From an uncultured Acidobacteriota bacterium (GTDB lineage Bacteria > Acidobacteriota > Thermoanaerobaculia > Multivoradales > JAHEKO01): a stretch of DNA of 64,000 nt. The stretch covers positions 1,600,001-1,664,000 of the forward strand of contig CAVQNG010000003.1 of assembly GCA_963713825.1 (NCBI GenBank), given 5' to 3'. Below, piece after piece: positions 51,002 through 60,732 of this stretch. Both the position numbers and the translations under genes were made by a program. The notes below the pieces were generated by a model. The model ran no database searches and was not told the DNA's origin. It saw only the letters and a list, made by a program, of their open reading frames with translations. Each line of letters begins with the position of its first letter. The first letter of the stretch is position 1.

Positions 51002-52396
51002 ATGAAGCCGAGAATCTGGATCTGCCTGGCCTTGTGGCTCCTTGTTGTCGGTTGTACGTCCGAGTTGGACGTCACTGTGGACCCACCGCAGCGCATCGTT
51101 CTGGTGACGCTCGACACTCTGCGCGCGGACCACATGTCTGCCTACGGCCACCCGATTCAAACAACGCCCTTCTTCGACTCGCTGGCCGAAAAGGGAGTGT
51201 TGTTCCGACGCGCATACTCGCACTCGGCTACGACCAAGCCGTCCCACTCCTCGATCTTCACATCGCTGTATGTCATGCAGCACCGCGTCGAAAGCAACAC
51301 TCTGGTTCTCGACGACGCCTACACGACGCTCGCCGAGATGCTCTCAGACGCTGGCTTCAAGACGGCGGCCTTTGTCAGTGTCGATGCGCCCCTCAGTGGA
51401 AATCTGAATCAGGGATTTGCCAAGTGGGACCAGTTCCGAAAGAACAAGAAACTGGAGCAGAAGAGCCAGTATCGCTCGGCCGGGGAGACCGTCGACGCTG
51501 CCCTGGAGTGGTTGGAGACTATTGATCCGTCGGACAAGGTCTTCTTGTGGGTCCATGTGTATGACCCCCATCGGCCGATGAAACCACCGCAAGGGCATCT
51601 GGAGCGCGTTCGCCAGATGATCGATGAGATCGGTGTGGATCAGTACGACGCTGTGCTGGAGGCGAGGGGAATTCCGACTGACCGGCCGTCCTATTCCGAA
51701 GTCCTCGAGTACGATGCCGAAGTCCTCTATGCAGACACCGAGGTCGGACGCCTGTTCAACCGGATGCGGGAAGCCGGGATGGGTCAGGATGCACTCTGGA
51801 TCCTGACGGGCGATCACGGCCAGGGGCTAGGCGCGCACGAGTGGTTCGGCCATTCCAAGCAGATCTACAATGCCCAGCTGCACGTTCCAATGTTGTTCTG
51901 GCTCAGTGAAATCCGTCGGCCGATCGAGGTGGAGGGGATTGTCGAGCACGTCGATCTCCTACCCACGATTGCCGAGTTGGTCGGCGTTGCGACAGAGCAG
52001 ATCATGCCCATCCAGGGACGCTCGCTTGTGCCCTACCTGAAGGGCGGCAGGCCGAGCGACCCGAAACGATTCTCGTTTGCCGAGCGCAGCCGCTACGCTG
52101 AGGCAAGAGGACGGAGGAAGAAGAAAGGTAACTTCGAGTCCGGCGCTCGGTACGCCCTACAGGACAAGCGCTTCAAGTATCAACTGTTCACCGAAGGGGA
52201 AGACGAGTTCTACGACCTCGAGGCGGACCCCTACGAGATGAACAACTTGATCGGTGTTGAGGAGTTGGCCAACGACCGCGAACCCATGCTCGAAGCGCTG
52301 CAAGAGCTCATTCGAACGCTTCCCACCGGCGTTGAAGCTCAGACCGTCTCACCGGAAGAGATCGAGCGGCTGCGCGCCCTGGGCTATATTCAGTAG
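51002..52396 (+). CDS. Sulfatase-like lipoprotein (Thr-type motif)
   Basis: Lipobox VVGC; LVTLDTLRADH, TKPSHSSIFTS, YDPH, DHG, LRALGY. Confidence 0.85.
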   Translation: MKPRIWICLALWLLVVGCTSELDVTVDPPQRIVLVTLDTLRADHMSAYGHPIQTTPFFDSLAEKGVLFRRAYSHSATTKPSHSSIFTSLYVMQHRVESNTLVLDDAYTTLAEMLSDAGFKTAAFVSVDAPLSGNLNQGFAKWDQFRKNKKLEQKSQYRSAGETVDAALEWLETIDPSDKVFLWVHVYDPHRPMKPPQGHLERVRQMIDEIGVDQYDAVLEARGIPTDRPSYSEVLEYDAEVLYADTEVGRLFNRMREAGMGQDALWILTGDHGQGLGAHEWFGHSKQIYNAQLHVPMLFWLSEIRRPIEVEGIVEHVDLLPTIAELVGVATEQIMPIQGRSLVPYLKGGRPSDPKRFSFAERSRYAEARGRRKKKGNFESGARYALQDKRFKYQLFTEGEDEFYDLEADPYEMNNLIGVEELANDREPMLEALQELIRTLPTGVEAQTVSPEEIERLRALGYIQ

Positions 52397-52664
52397 AAGA
52401 GGTTCAGTCCCAAGGCGAAGAGGAGTGGCTTTTTCCTCGCCGTGGATCCCTCCGGTACGGAGTCGGTGGCTTAATCGCGCCGGACCTGCTACCCTTCGCC
52501 TTCAAGTCTTCGCCGAGAGCTTCTCGGCGCGCGGCGCACAACAGGGTCTCCAACGAGTATCGCGTCGCCCGAAAGTACCCCCTAATCACTGCTGTTGTGT
52601 GGGAAGGAAAAGCGGCCGTGTGTCGTCTTGACGACGATCCGGTGCGCTGGAGAGCAATATACGT

Positions 52665-53933
52665 ATGTCTAGAAACAACAACGAAACCGTATCCGGATTC
52701 GCCCAATTCAACCTCGACCCCGTCCTGCACCGCGGTATCGCCGCGGCAGGCTTTGTGGAGCCGCGGCCGATCCAGGTTCAGACCATCCCCGCCGCCCTGG
52801 AGGGCCGTGACGTACTCGGCCTGGCCCAGACAGGCACGGGCAAGACGGCGGCCTTCGCGCTGCCCATTCTCGAGCGGCTGCTGTCGGGCCGGGGATCGGA
52901 TCCACGAGTTCTCATCCTGGCGCCGACTCGCGAGTTGGCCGCACAGATCAGCGCGGAGTTTCTCACCCTGGCCAAGTTCACGCGGATCAAAGTCGCCACC
53001 ATCTTCGGCGGCGTCTCGGTGCACCGTCAGCGTTCGGCGCTGGCAAGGCGGCCCGAGATCGTCGTTGCCTGTCCTGGTCGATTGCTCGACTTGATGCAGC
53101 AGGGCCTCGTGCGTCTGGGTCGGGTCGAGACCATTGTCCTGGACGAAGCGGACCATATGTTCGACCTGGGGTTCCTGCCAGACGTTCGCCGAATCCTCTC
53201 CGCGCTGCCCGAGGAGCGTCAGAACCTGCTGTTCTCAGCCACCATGCCAACGGCAATTCGCACCCTGGCCGACGGAATTCTGCGCCATCCGCACGTAGTC
53301 GATGTCGCCCATAGCCAACCCTTGTCCACGATCGAGCACGCGCTTTACCCTGTCGACCAGACGCGAAAGCTGGCCCTTCTTCAACGCATCCTCTCCGAGG
53401 ACGAGCTCGCCTCGGCCATCGTCTTCACGCGCACCAAGCACCGCGCACGAAGCGTGGCCCGCAAGCTAGAAGGGGCCGGCCACCGTGCCGTGGCACTACA
53501 GGGCAACATGTCTCAAGGGCAGCGCGAACGTGCCATGAACGGTTTTCGCAATCGCCGGTTCGACGTTCTCGTGGCCACCGACATCGCTGCCCGTGGCATC
53601 GATGTCGAGCAGGTGTCGCATGTCGTCAATTTCGACATGCCCAACACCACAGATGCCTATACGCACCGTATCGGACGCACCGGTCGGTCGGACCGCCAGG
53701 GCAAGGCCTATACGTTCGTCACGGACGAGGATCGGTACCTGGTATCCCAGGTCGAGAAGAGACTGGGGGCGTCGATTCCGAGACGTGAAATGCAGGGTAT
53801 CGAGAGCATTCCGTTCCCACAGGGCCGGTCAGGCCATGCGGCCTCCCAGCCTCGACCTTCCCAGCCAAAGGGAAGGAGTGGCGCAAGTGCGGCCAGGAGC
53901 AGGAATCGGCGCCGTCCCCGCCGGTCAGCCTGA
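52665..53933 (+). CDS. rhlE: DEAD-box RNA helicase (RhlE-like)
   Basis: AQTGTGKT, PTRELA, DEAD, FSAT, ARGID, HRIGRTGR; basic C-terminal tail. Confidence 0.88.
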   Translation: MSRNNNETVSGFAQFNLDPVLHRGIAAAGFVEPRPIQVQTIPAALEGRDVLGLAQTGTGKTAAFALPILERLLSGRGSDPRVLILAPTRELAAQISAEFLTLAKFTRIKVATIFGGVSVHRQRSALARRPEIVVACPGRLLDLMQQGLVRLGRVETIVLDEADHMFDLGFLPDVRRILSALPEERQNLLFSATMPTAIRTLADGILRHPHVVDVAHSQPLSTIEHALYPVDQTRKLALLQRILSEDELASAIVFTRTKHRARSVARKLEGAGHRAVALQGNMSQGQRERAMNGFRNRRFDVLVATDIAARGIDVEQVSHVVNFDMPNTTDAYTHRIGRTGRSDRQGKAYTFVTDEDRYLVSQVEKRLGASIPRREMQGIESIPFPQGRSGHAASQPRPSQPKGRSGASAARSRNRRRPRRSA

Positions 53934-54012
53934 GCTGTCGACCCCAGCCCAGGATTCCATGCTAGTGTTGCCAGCAATCAAAAGGGTCTTTCAATCGAAA
54001 AAGGGAAATGAG

Positions 54013-54834
54013 ATGAAGAGAATCGCACTAGTTATGGCGTTGCTGATCGCTGGTTTCGCCACCCAGTCCCAAGCCGGCGTCTCGGTCGACCAGAGCAAGG
54101 TTCTGGATCGCTGGACCCTGCGCATCGGTGGATATCTGACAGGACTCGACACCAAGATTCGACTGGATTCGCCGACGGGAGGTGAGGGAACGACAGTCAG
54201 CCTCGAGGACGACCTGGGGTTCGATAGCTCTCAATCCGTGCCGCGGTTCAGTCTGGGCGTCATTCTCGGCAAGCGACACCAGATCACCGGTGGCTATTAC
54301 AAGACTGACCGGGACAGCACTACGACGCTACAAAGAGATATCGAGTGGGGAGATGAGACCTTTCCGATCAACATCGATATTGGCGCGTCCTACAACACGG
54401 AGTTCGTCAATCTCGCCTACACCTTCTGGTTCTATTCGAGCGAAGGCACCTCAATGGGCATTACCGGTGGTCTCGTGTACGCCACTCTCGGAGCGGGTGT
54501 CGGGATCGCGGCGATCGGTCAGGGGGCCTCAGTTGAAGAGGACATCAGTACCGACGTACCCGTCCCCCAGTTGGGATTCTCACTGAATCAATATCTCGGC
54601 AAGCGGTTCGTGTTCACTGGCAACCTCGGCTACATCGACTTCAACCTCGATGACTTCGACGGCAGTGTTGCGTCGGCCATCGTGGCGGTCGAGCATCGGA
54701 CGTGGAACTACTTCGGTTTCGGTCTCGGGTACAGCTACACGGGCTACGACATCGACACACTGTCGACGAATTTTCTGGGCAAGTGGGAGTACACCGTTAG
54801 CGGCTTCGAGATCTACGCCCGCGCCGCCTGGTAA
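54013..54834 (+). CDS. Outer-membrane beta-barrel protein
   Basis: Signal peptide MKRIALVMALL; SLEDDLG motif; amphipathic strands; C-terminal W. Confidence 0.75.
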   Translation: MKRIALVMALLIAGFATQSQAGVSVDQSKVLDRWTLRIGGYLTGLDTKIRLDSPTGGEGTTVSLEDDLGFDSSQSVPRFSLGVILGKRHQITGGYYKTDRDSTTTLQRDIEWGDETFPINIDIGASYNTEFVNLAYTFWFYSSEGTSMGITGGLVYATLGAGVGIAAIGQGASVEEDISTDVPVPQLGFSLNQYLGKRFVFTGNLGYIDFNLDDFDGSVASAIVAVEHRTWNYFGFGLGYSYTGYDIDTLSTNFLGKWEYTVSGFEIYARAAW

Positions 54835-54861
54835 GACGGAGCATCACATCGTTGTTCACCG

Positions 54862-54889
54862 AGGGCGGGGCTTGGGCCCCGCCCTTTTT
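54862..54889 (+). terminator. Rho-independent terminator
   Basis: AGGGCGGGGC-TTGG-GCCCCGCCCT followed by a T tract. Confidence 0.8.
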
Positions 54890-55019
54890 CGTTGCCTCTC
54901 GAGAGGCAACCCCCCTCCAGTAGAATTGACCCGAGTCGACGCAGAAGCTGTTCGAAACCGCGGCAAGCGGAAGCTGCTGTCAAGCCTAAACGGGGTGACC
55001 CCAGTATGGAGATTGACTT

Positions 55020-56564
55020 ATGAAGATCTTGGCGAATTTGCCGATTTGTCTCGTTCTCTTGATGCTCGTCGTTGCGGTCCCTGGATGCTCCAGGAAGTCA
55101 GGAGAGGAAGTGACGGAGACCACCACCGTCGTCGAGGAGGCTGCAGCTCCAGAAGTCGAAACCGCCGAGGAGCTCGAAGAGCCGCCGATCCCACCACCAC
55201 CTCCGCCCGAAGTGATGGCCGGCATCAACAACCCCTGGAAGGGTGACTTCGACGGCATGTTGGAACGCCGGGTCATCCGTGCCCTGGTGGTTTACAGCCC
55301 GACCTCCTTCTTTTTCGATGGCAATCGGCCTCGTGGCATCATGGCCGAGCTGATCCAGGAGCTCCAGAAGAAGATCAACGAGGATCTCGGTAGTGGCACC
55401 CTCCAGGTCCATGTGGTTGCCATTCCGGTGTCTGCCGATCGGTTGATTCCCGATCTGGAGGCTGGGCGCGGCGATCTCGCCGCGAGCGGCATGGCGATCA
55501 CTCCAGGGCGTCTGGAGCGAGTGGACGCTTCGGATCCCCTCTATCCAGATACTCGCGAGCTGGTGGTCAGCGGCCCAGATGTCGAGGGTCCGACGACGAT
55601 TGACGAGCTGTCCGGGCGTGAGATCTGGGTGCGTCAGGGCAGCAGCTACTTCGAGAACCTCGCAAAGCTCAATGAGCGATTGCAGGCTGAAGGTCGCGCA
55701 CCTGTGGAGATTCGGTTGGTGGATGAGAACCTGGAAGACGGGGACATCTTGGAGATGGTAGCGGCGGGGATCTATCCGTTGACTGTCGTAAACGAGATCA
55801 TCGCCGGGCCTTGGGTCGACGCACTCGACGGTCTGGATATGCATGACACCGTGGCCCTGACCGAGGACATCGACCTTGCCTGGATGTTTCGCCAGGGCAG
55901 CCCGGCGCTCGCTCAGATAGTCAACGACTTTGTGGCAGAGAACAAGAAGGGCACGCTTCTCGGCAACATGCTGATCAATCGTTATTTAAAGACGACAAAG
56001 TATGTGAAGAACCCTCAGTCCGAGGAAGACCTGGAGCGGCTACGAGAGATGGTCGGTCTTTTCAAACAGTGGGCCGGTGTATATGACTTCGACTGGCTGA
56101 TGATGGCGGCTCAGGGGTACCAGGAGTCGGGCCTCGATCAGAGCAAGGTGAGCCACGTCGGCGCTGTCGGGGTCATGCAGCTCATGCCGACAACAGCCGA
56201 GGACCCGGCGGTCGGCATCCCCGATGTTCATATTCTCGAAAGGAATGTCGAGGCCGGCAACAAGTACATGCGCTGGATACTCGACAACTATTTCGAGGAC
56301 GCCGACCTGAATGAGATCAACAAACATCTGTTTGCTTTCGCCGCCTATAACGCTGGCCCGAACCGAATCAAGCGACTGCGCGAGCAGGCCGCTGAGGAGG
56401 GATTCGATCCCAACAAGTGGTTTCAGAATGTGGAGATAGTCGTGGCCCGTGAGGTTGGCCGGGAACCGGTGCAGTACGTGAGCAATATCTTCAAGTACTA
56501 CACCGCCTACACGCTCGTCCTCGATGAGCTCGAGAAGGAGACTGGAGAGGCGGGAACTGACTAG
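55020..56564 (+). CDS. MltF-like lytic transglycosylase (SBP + SLT domains)
   Basis: Periplasmic binding domain, then YQESG, GVMQL, AAYNAGP, EPVQYV. Confidence 0.88.
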   Translation: MKILANLPICLVLLMLVVAVPGCSRKSGEEVTETTTVVEEAAAPEVETAEELEEPPIPPPPPPEVMAGINNPWKGDFDGMLERRVIRALVVYSPTSFFFDGNRPRGIMAELIQELQKKINEDLGSGTLQVHVVAIPVSADRLIPDLEAGRGDLAASGMAITPGRLERVDASDPLYPDTRELVVSGPDVEGPTTIDELSGREIWVRQGSSYFENLAKLNERLQAEGRAPVEIRLVDENLEDGDILEMVAAGIYPLTVVNEIIAGPWVDALDGLDMHDTVALTEDIDLAWMFRQGSPALAQIVNDFVAENKKGTLLGNMLINRYLKTTKYVKNPQSEEDLERLREMVGLFKQWAGVYDFDWLMMAAQGYQESGLDQSKVSHVGAVGVMQLMPTTAEDPAVGIPDVHILERNVEAGNKYMRWILDNYFEDADLNEINKHLFAFAAYNAGPNRIKRLREQAAEEGFDPNKWFQNVEIVVAREVGREPVQYVSNIFKYYTAYTLVLDELEKETGEAGTD

Positions 56565-57429
56565 AGCTCCGAAAAGTGGCACCGGATTCGTTCTGGGGTT
56601 GTGCCTCCTCGGCGGCATTGCCGTGGCCGAGGGCGCACTTTCGGAATTCGACATCCAGGGACACCGCGGATGTCGCGGCCTGGCACCCGAGAACACTCTG
56701 ATGGCCTTTGAAAAGGCAATCGAGCTCAGCGTCACGACGCTCGAGCTCGATGTCGTGATGACGCGTGATGGTGTGTTTGCGGTCCACCACGATCTTCAAC
56801 TCAATCCCAAGCTCTGCACGAGTCCCGGTGGCGAGCCGGTTCGCCGTCGACGTTTGGCTGAGCTGGATTTCCGGGACATCTCAGGGCTCGATTGCGGTAG
56901 TCGGCGTGCGGGCAAGTTCCCTGAGCAAACACTGTCACCAGGTGAGCGAATACCCCGATTGGAGGAGGTGCTCGACCTGGCGATCGAAGCGCCCTATCCG
57001 GTTCGACTCAGCATCGAGATCAAGGATTCGACAGCCAAGATGCCGAAGCCCGTCGAGGTGCTCGTTGCGCAGCTCGTAACGCTTCTCCAGGAGCGAGGTC
57101 TGGAACATCGCACTGCCATCCAGAGTACGTCTGGAGCGGTTCTGGTCGAGGTCAGGAAGCGGGAGCCCGCCTTGGGGCGAGCTCTCGTGGTCGAGGCGGC
57201 CAGTGCGAAACGTTGGGTAGAGGATGGGACTGCGACGATCGTGTCGAGGAAACACCTCTATCTCGACCGCGGCGAAGTCGAGAGGCTCCAGGGAAAGGGG
57301 GTTCTCGTGATCCCCTGGACGGTGAACAAACCCAAGGCTATTCAGAAAATGATGCATTGGGGCGTCGACGGTCTCATCACCGACTACCCGGATCGGGCTC
57401 TCTTCCTCCTGAGAGATCAGGATCCATAA
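56524..57429 (+). CDS. Glycerophosphodiester phosphodiesterase
   Basis: QGHRG..PENT, ELDV, HD, IEIK, PWTVN, GVDGLITDYP; start codon uncertain. Confidence 0.88.
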   Translation: MSSRRRLERRELTRAPKSGTGFVLGLCLLGGIAVAEGALSEFDIQGHRGCRGLAPENTLMAFEKAIELSVTTLELDVVMTRDGVFAVHHDLQLNPKLCTSPGGEPVRRRRLAELDFRDISGLDCGSRRAGKFPEQTLSPGERIPRLEEVLDLAIEAPYPVRLSIEIKDSTAKMPKPVEVLVAQLVTLLQERGLEHRTAIQSTSGAVLVEVRKREPALGRALVVEAASAKRWVEDGTATIVSRKHLYLDRGEVERLQGKGVLVIPWTVNKPKAIQKMMHWGVDGLITDYPDRALFLLRDQDP

Positions 57430-57432
57430 AAC

Positions 57433-57465
57433 AAGGCGGCGGTCCCTTGCAGGAACCGCCGCCCT
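57433..57465 (-). terminator. Terminator hairpin between convergent GDPD and sod genes
   Basis: GGCGGCGGT...ACCGCCGCC stem; TTGTTTT follows on the minus strand. Confidence 0.7.
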
Positions 57466-57492
57466 GATTGACTCCAGTAGAAGAGCCTACGC

Positions 57493-58191
57493 TCAGTCCT
57501 TGAGCTTCTGGAGGAACTCCTCGAGCTTGGCCCACTGGTCCTTGGCCCAATCCGCCATATCGGCCACACCGCCACTGACCAGGATGACCTTGCGGTAGGT
57601 CGAAACCTGGTCCCAGTTGACGACGCTCCACCAGGCCTCGAGGTAGTCCGGTCGGCGATTCTGGTACTTCAGGTAGTAGGCATGCTCCCAGACGTCGACA
57701 CCCAGAATCGGGAAGACACCCTCGGTGAAGATTGGGTTGTCCTGATTGGCCGTCGTGGTAATCATGAGCTTGCCGTCTTTGCCGACGCACAGCCAGGCCC
57801 AGCCGCTACCGAACACTCCGCCGGCCGCCTTCGCAAAGGCCTGCTTGAACGCGTCGAAGGAGCCGAAGTCTTCGTCGATGGCTGTCGCCAGACCACCGGA
57901 CGGAGCGCCTCCACAGTCGGGGCCCATGATCGTCCAGAACATGGTGTGGTTGACGTGGCCGCCGCCATGGTTGCGCACGGCGCCGCGAATGTCATCAGGA
58001 ATGGCGTCGAGATCGAGGATCAGCTCCAGCGCCGTCTGCTCGAACAGCTCCGGGTGCTTCTCGACCGCGGCGTTGAGATTGTTGACGTAAGCCTGATGAT
58101 GCTTGTCATGGTGAATCGCCATGGTGTCCGCATCGATGTACGGCTCCAGGGCGTTGGGACTGTAGGGTAGGTCGGGCAGTTTGTAAGCCAT
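57493..58191 (-). CDS. sodA: Superoxide dismutase [Mn/Fe], Mn-type signatures
   Basis: [33 protein letters not shown]. Confidence 0.93.
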   Translation of the reverse strand: MAYKLPDLPYSPNALEPYIDADTMAIHHDKHHQAYVNNLNAAVEKHPELFEQTALELILDLDAIPDDIRGAVRNHGGGHVNHTMFWTIMGPDCGGAPSGGLATAIDEDFGSFDAFKQAFAKAAGGVFGSGWAWLCVGKDGKLMITTTANQDNPIFTEGVFPILGVDVWEHAYYLKYQNRRPDYLEAWWSVVNWDQVSTYRKVILVSGGVADMADWAKDQWAKLEEFLQKLKD

Positions 58192-58287
58192 TCGGTTCTC
58201 TCTTTCTCCTTTGTAGTGATATGCGGACAGAGATTATAGCTCGACAGCGAGACTCGGTTGGCACCTGGGACCCGATGGGCAAAGAAG

Positions 58288-58325
58288 GGGCCGCATCGAC
58301 CCCGTGCGGAGCGCGGATGCGGCCC
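58288..58325 (-). terminator. Hairpin/terminator downstream of the protease gene
   Basis: GGGCCGCATC...GATGCGGCCC, followed by CTTCTTTG on the minus strand. Confidence 0.55.
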
Positions 58326-58357
58326 GATCTCCAGAATCGGCTGGTAGCTTCGTCAGC

Positions 58358-59716
58358 TCATGGAACTGTAGCGCTCCAAGCCGTGGTGTCGCCACTCTCG
58401 AAGCCGTCTTCGAAGATGACATCGACTGCCGCGCCGATGGCGTTGTTGGGCAGGTTGGCTCCCAGGTCGGTGATCAGCAGGGGAACGGCGACACCCCGGT
58501 TCGGGTCGTCGAAAGCGGTGCCACCGCAGGAGTTACTCCCCCGGCAATGGTGCAGTGCCACCACGAGGTTGTCGCCGTATGCGAGGACCGCCGAACCAGA
58601 TGATCCTCCTTCGGTATCCATGAAGTAGCCGACATCGGGGCTCGCCCCGCCAGAGCAAGCCGGTTCGGTCAGACTATCCACTTCGTTGAAGCCGGTGGGG
58701 TTCTCGGAATACGTCGAGAGGACAGCCAGCTCCTTGCCTCTGCCGCCGGGGTGCTGTGGTGAGTAGATTCGCTCTTCGAGCACTGCGCCCGTCTCCCTCA
58801 GTTGCATGAAGCCATAGGTAGTACTGAGATTGCCTGGCAACTTGACCAGTGCGTAGTCGAGAGTGGCATTGTCCTGGACGAGCGTTCCGTCTGTGGCCTC
58901 GATGGTTCCGTCGCAGCCCAGTTGAGGGCAGTCGGTTGCGCAGGAGGCTCCCTCGGCCATGAACTCGTAGTCGGTGTCATCGGCTTCCGCTTGGTCCGTG
59001 ATGCAGTGTTCGTTGGTCATCATGTGACCCTCGTCACCGAGTAGCCAACCTGTACAAAGGAACGAGCTGAGCCCCTTGCGGGTGAGGAGTCGGACGACCG
59101 CCCTGGCTTCTTCATACATTTCCGGTTCGGAGTCCTTGTAGCAGACCGCATTCTCCTTGTCGTCATCGGTGCAGACCGCTTCGATATCGCTCTCCTCCTC
59201 GCCCAACTCGACAGCCGAAAAACCCCGCCCGTAGTAGTCGATTGTGAACCCGAAGGCGCTCGCGGGCCCCTTGGCCCAGAGCTCGACGATGGCTCTTTCT
59301 CCGGTAATGTGGATGCCCCAGAAGCCACCATTTCCTTCCTTACCTCGTTCTTTCTTGCCAAAACCCTCATAGCGCCAAGAGCGCGAATAGTCGGGCGACC
59401 GGACGATCACATAGTCACCCTTGGCCAGCTCGAAACGGCCGAAGTGAGGAGAAACGAAGCTCGCTCCAGGATGGTAGATCTGCCGCGAAAACACGAGCTG
59501 GGCCTTCGTAGTGGACAGGCCGACGTAAGGGTGGGGGGTGTCGATACGGGTTTCGACTGAATCACCGACTCGAGTGGCACCCTGCTGGACATTCGGTGCA
59601 GGGAACGCATCATAAGTAGCCAGTGAGTCTCGGCAAACACCGACCTCCTGACTGGTGGCGACTCCAGTTGCGGCCAAGAACACTGCGATGGTGATGAGGC
59701 TGAGATTCTTCATCAT
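58358..59716 (-). CDS. Secreted trypsin-like serine protease with C-terminal IFEDGFESG tail
   Basis: Signal peptide; TNEHC, DYAL and GGSSGS catalytic triad; ATG 59716 after GGAGGAG. Confidence 0.88.
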   Translation of the reverse strand: MMKNLSLITIAVFLAATGVATSQEVGVCRDSLATYDAFPAPNVQQGATRVGDSVETRIDTPHPYVGLSTTKAQLVFSRQIYHPGASFVSPHFGRFELAKGDYVIVRSPDYSRSWRYEGFGKKERGKEGNGGFWGIHITGERAIVELWAKGPASAFGFTIDYYGRGFSAVELGEEESDIEAVCTDDDKENAVCYKDSEPEMYEEARAVVRLLTRKGLSSFLCTGWLLGDEGHMMTNEHCITDQAEADDTDYEFMAEGASCATDCPQLGCDGTIEATDGTLVQDNATLDYALVKLPGNLSTTYGFMQLRETGAVLEERIYSPQHPGGRGKELAVLSTYSENPTGFNEVDSLTEPACSGGASPDVGYFMDTEGGSSGSAVLAYGDNLVVALHHCRGSNSCGGTAFDDPNRGVAVPLLITDLGANLPNNAIGAAVDVIFEDGFESGDTTAWSATVP

Positions 59717-59880
59717 GAGCTCTCCTCCAGGGATTGTGAGTTCACCCCTCCACGAATCGGAGCACTCATCGTAACACTGGAAATGGCAGACGCGGTGCAT
59801 GGCCCTGCTCGCATCGAGCGACTGTCGCCCGGCAACGAAATTCATTAGAGTGAGCGGGAACTGCCTTGGAGGGGGAGATC

Positions 59881-60705
59881 ATGATGAGGAGAGTCTCGAT
59901 CGCATGTCTTCTGGCATTGACGGCATCCGGCGCCTCGGCGCACGACATGTTCCTGGTGCTGTCCGAACACAGCCTGCCGCCGGAGTCGGCGGTCAGCGTT
60001 GCGCTCTACAACGGTACCTTCGACAAGAGTGAGAACGCTATCGCGAGAGATCGGATGACCGATGTCTCGGTGGTCGATGGCGATTCCACAGTTAGCCACC
60101 CGGCAATCGGACAATGGCGAGACGAGGGAACGGTAGCCATCCTGGACTTCAAGACCGGCGCGCCGGGGACCTATCTCGTCGGGATTTCAACCGCGGCCAA
60201 CATGATCGAGCTGACGGCCGAGGAGTTCGACGACTACCTGAAGCACGATGGCGTGCTCGACGTCCTGGAAGCTCGACAGCACGAGGGCAACCTGACCGGG
60301 CCGGTGCGAGAACGGTATTCGAAGCACGTCAAGACGATTCTCCAGGTCGGTGATGCGGTGACCGATTCCCAGTCCTTCAAGTTGGGCTACCCCATCGAGA
60401 TCGTGCCCCTCGCCAATCCTGCCTCACTCGATATCGGCGACAGTCTCGAGTTTCTCGTGCTCGCTGACGGTATACCGGTCGCGGATCAGTTGGTCTATGC
60501 CAGCTACGAGGGCTTCCACAGTCACGACGAGAGTGGGACCCATCGGGAGGCCGCGAGCGCCCGGACCGACGATGAGGGGATCGTGAAGGTCGAGCTGTCG
60601 AAGGCAGGTCGTTGGTACGTCCGCCTTATCCGGATGCTACCGGTGGACGAGGCCGGTGCGGACTACGAGTCCAACTGGGCCACCCTGACCTTCGAGATCG
60701 ACTAG
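59881..60705 (+). CDS. DUF4198 (NikM-like) periplasmic protein
   Basis: SAHDMFL after the signal peptide, ERYSKHVKT, IEIVPLANP, TDDEG, YESNWATLTF. Confidence 0.8.
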   Translation: MMRRVSIACLLALTASGASAHDMFLVLSEHSLPPESAVSVALYNGTFDKSENAIARDRMTDVSVVDGDSTVSHPAIGQWRDEGTVAILDFKTGAPGTYLVGISTAANMIELTAEEFDDYLKHDGVLDVLEARQHEGNLTGPVRERYSKHVKTILQVGDAVTDSQSFKLGYPIEIVPLANPASLDIGDSLEFLVLADGIPVADQLVYASYEGFHSHDESGTHREAASARTDDEGIVKVELSKAGRWYVRLIRMLPVDEAGADYESNWATLTFEID

Positions 60706-60732
60706 CTGGCCTGATCGACAAGCGAGCCGGTC

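Noticed and set aside
54904-55003. c-di-GMP-I riboswitch (GACGCA.AAGC, GCCTAAAC fragments)
   Set aside because: No GGCAAAC/GAAA-tetraloop stem with correct spacing can be built.
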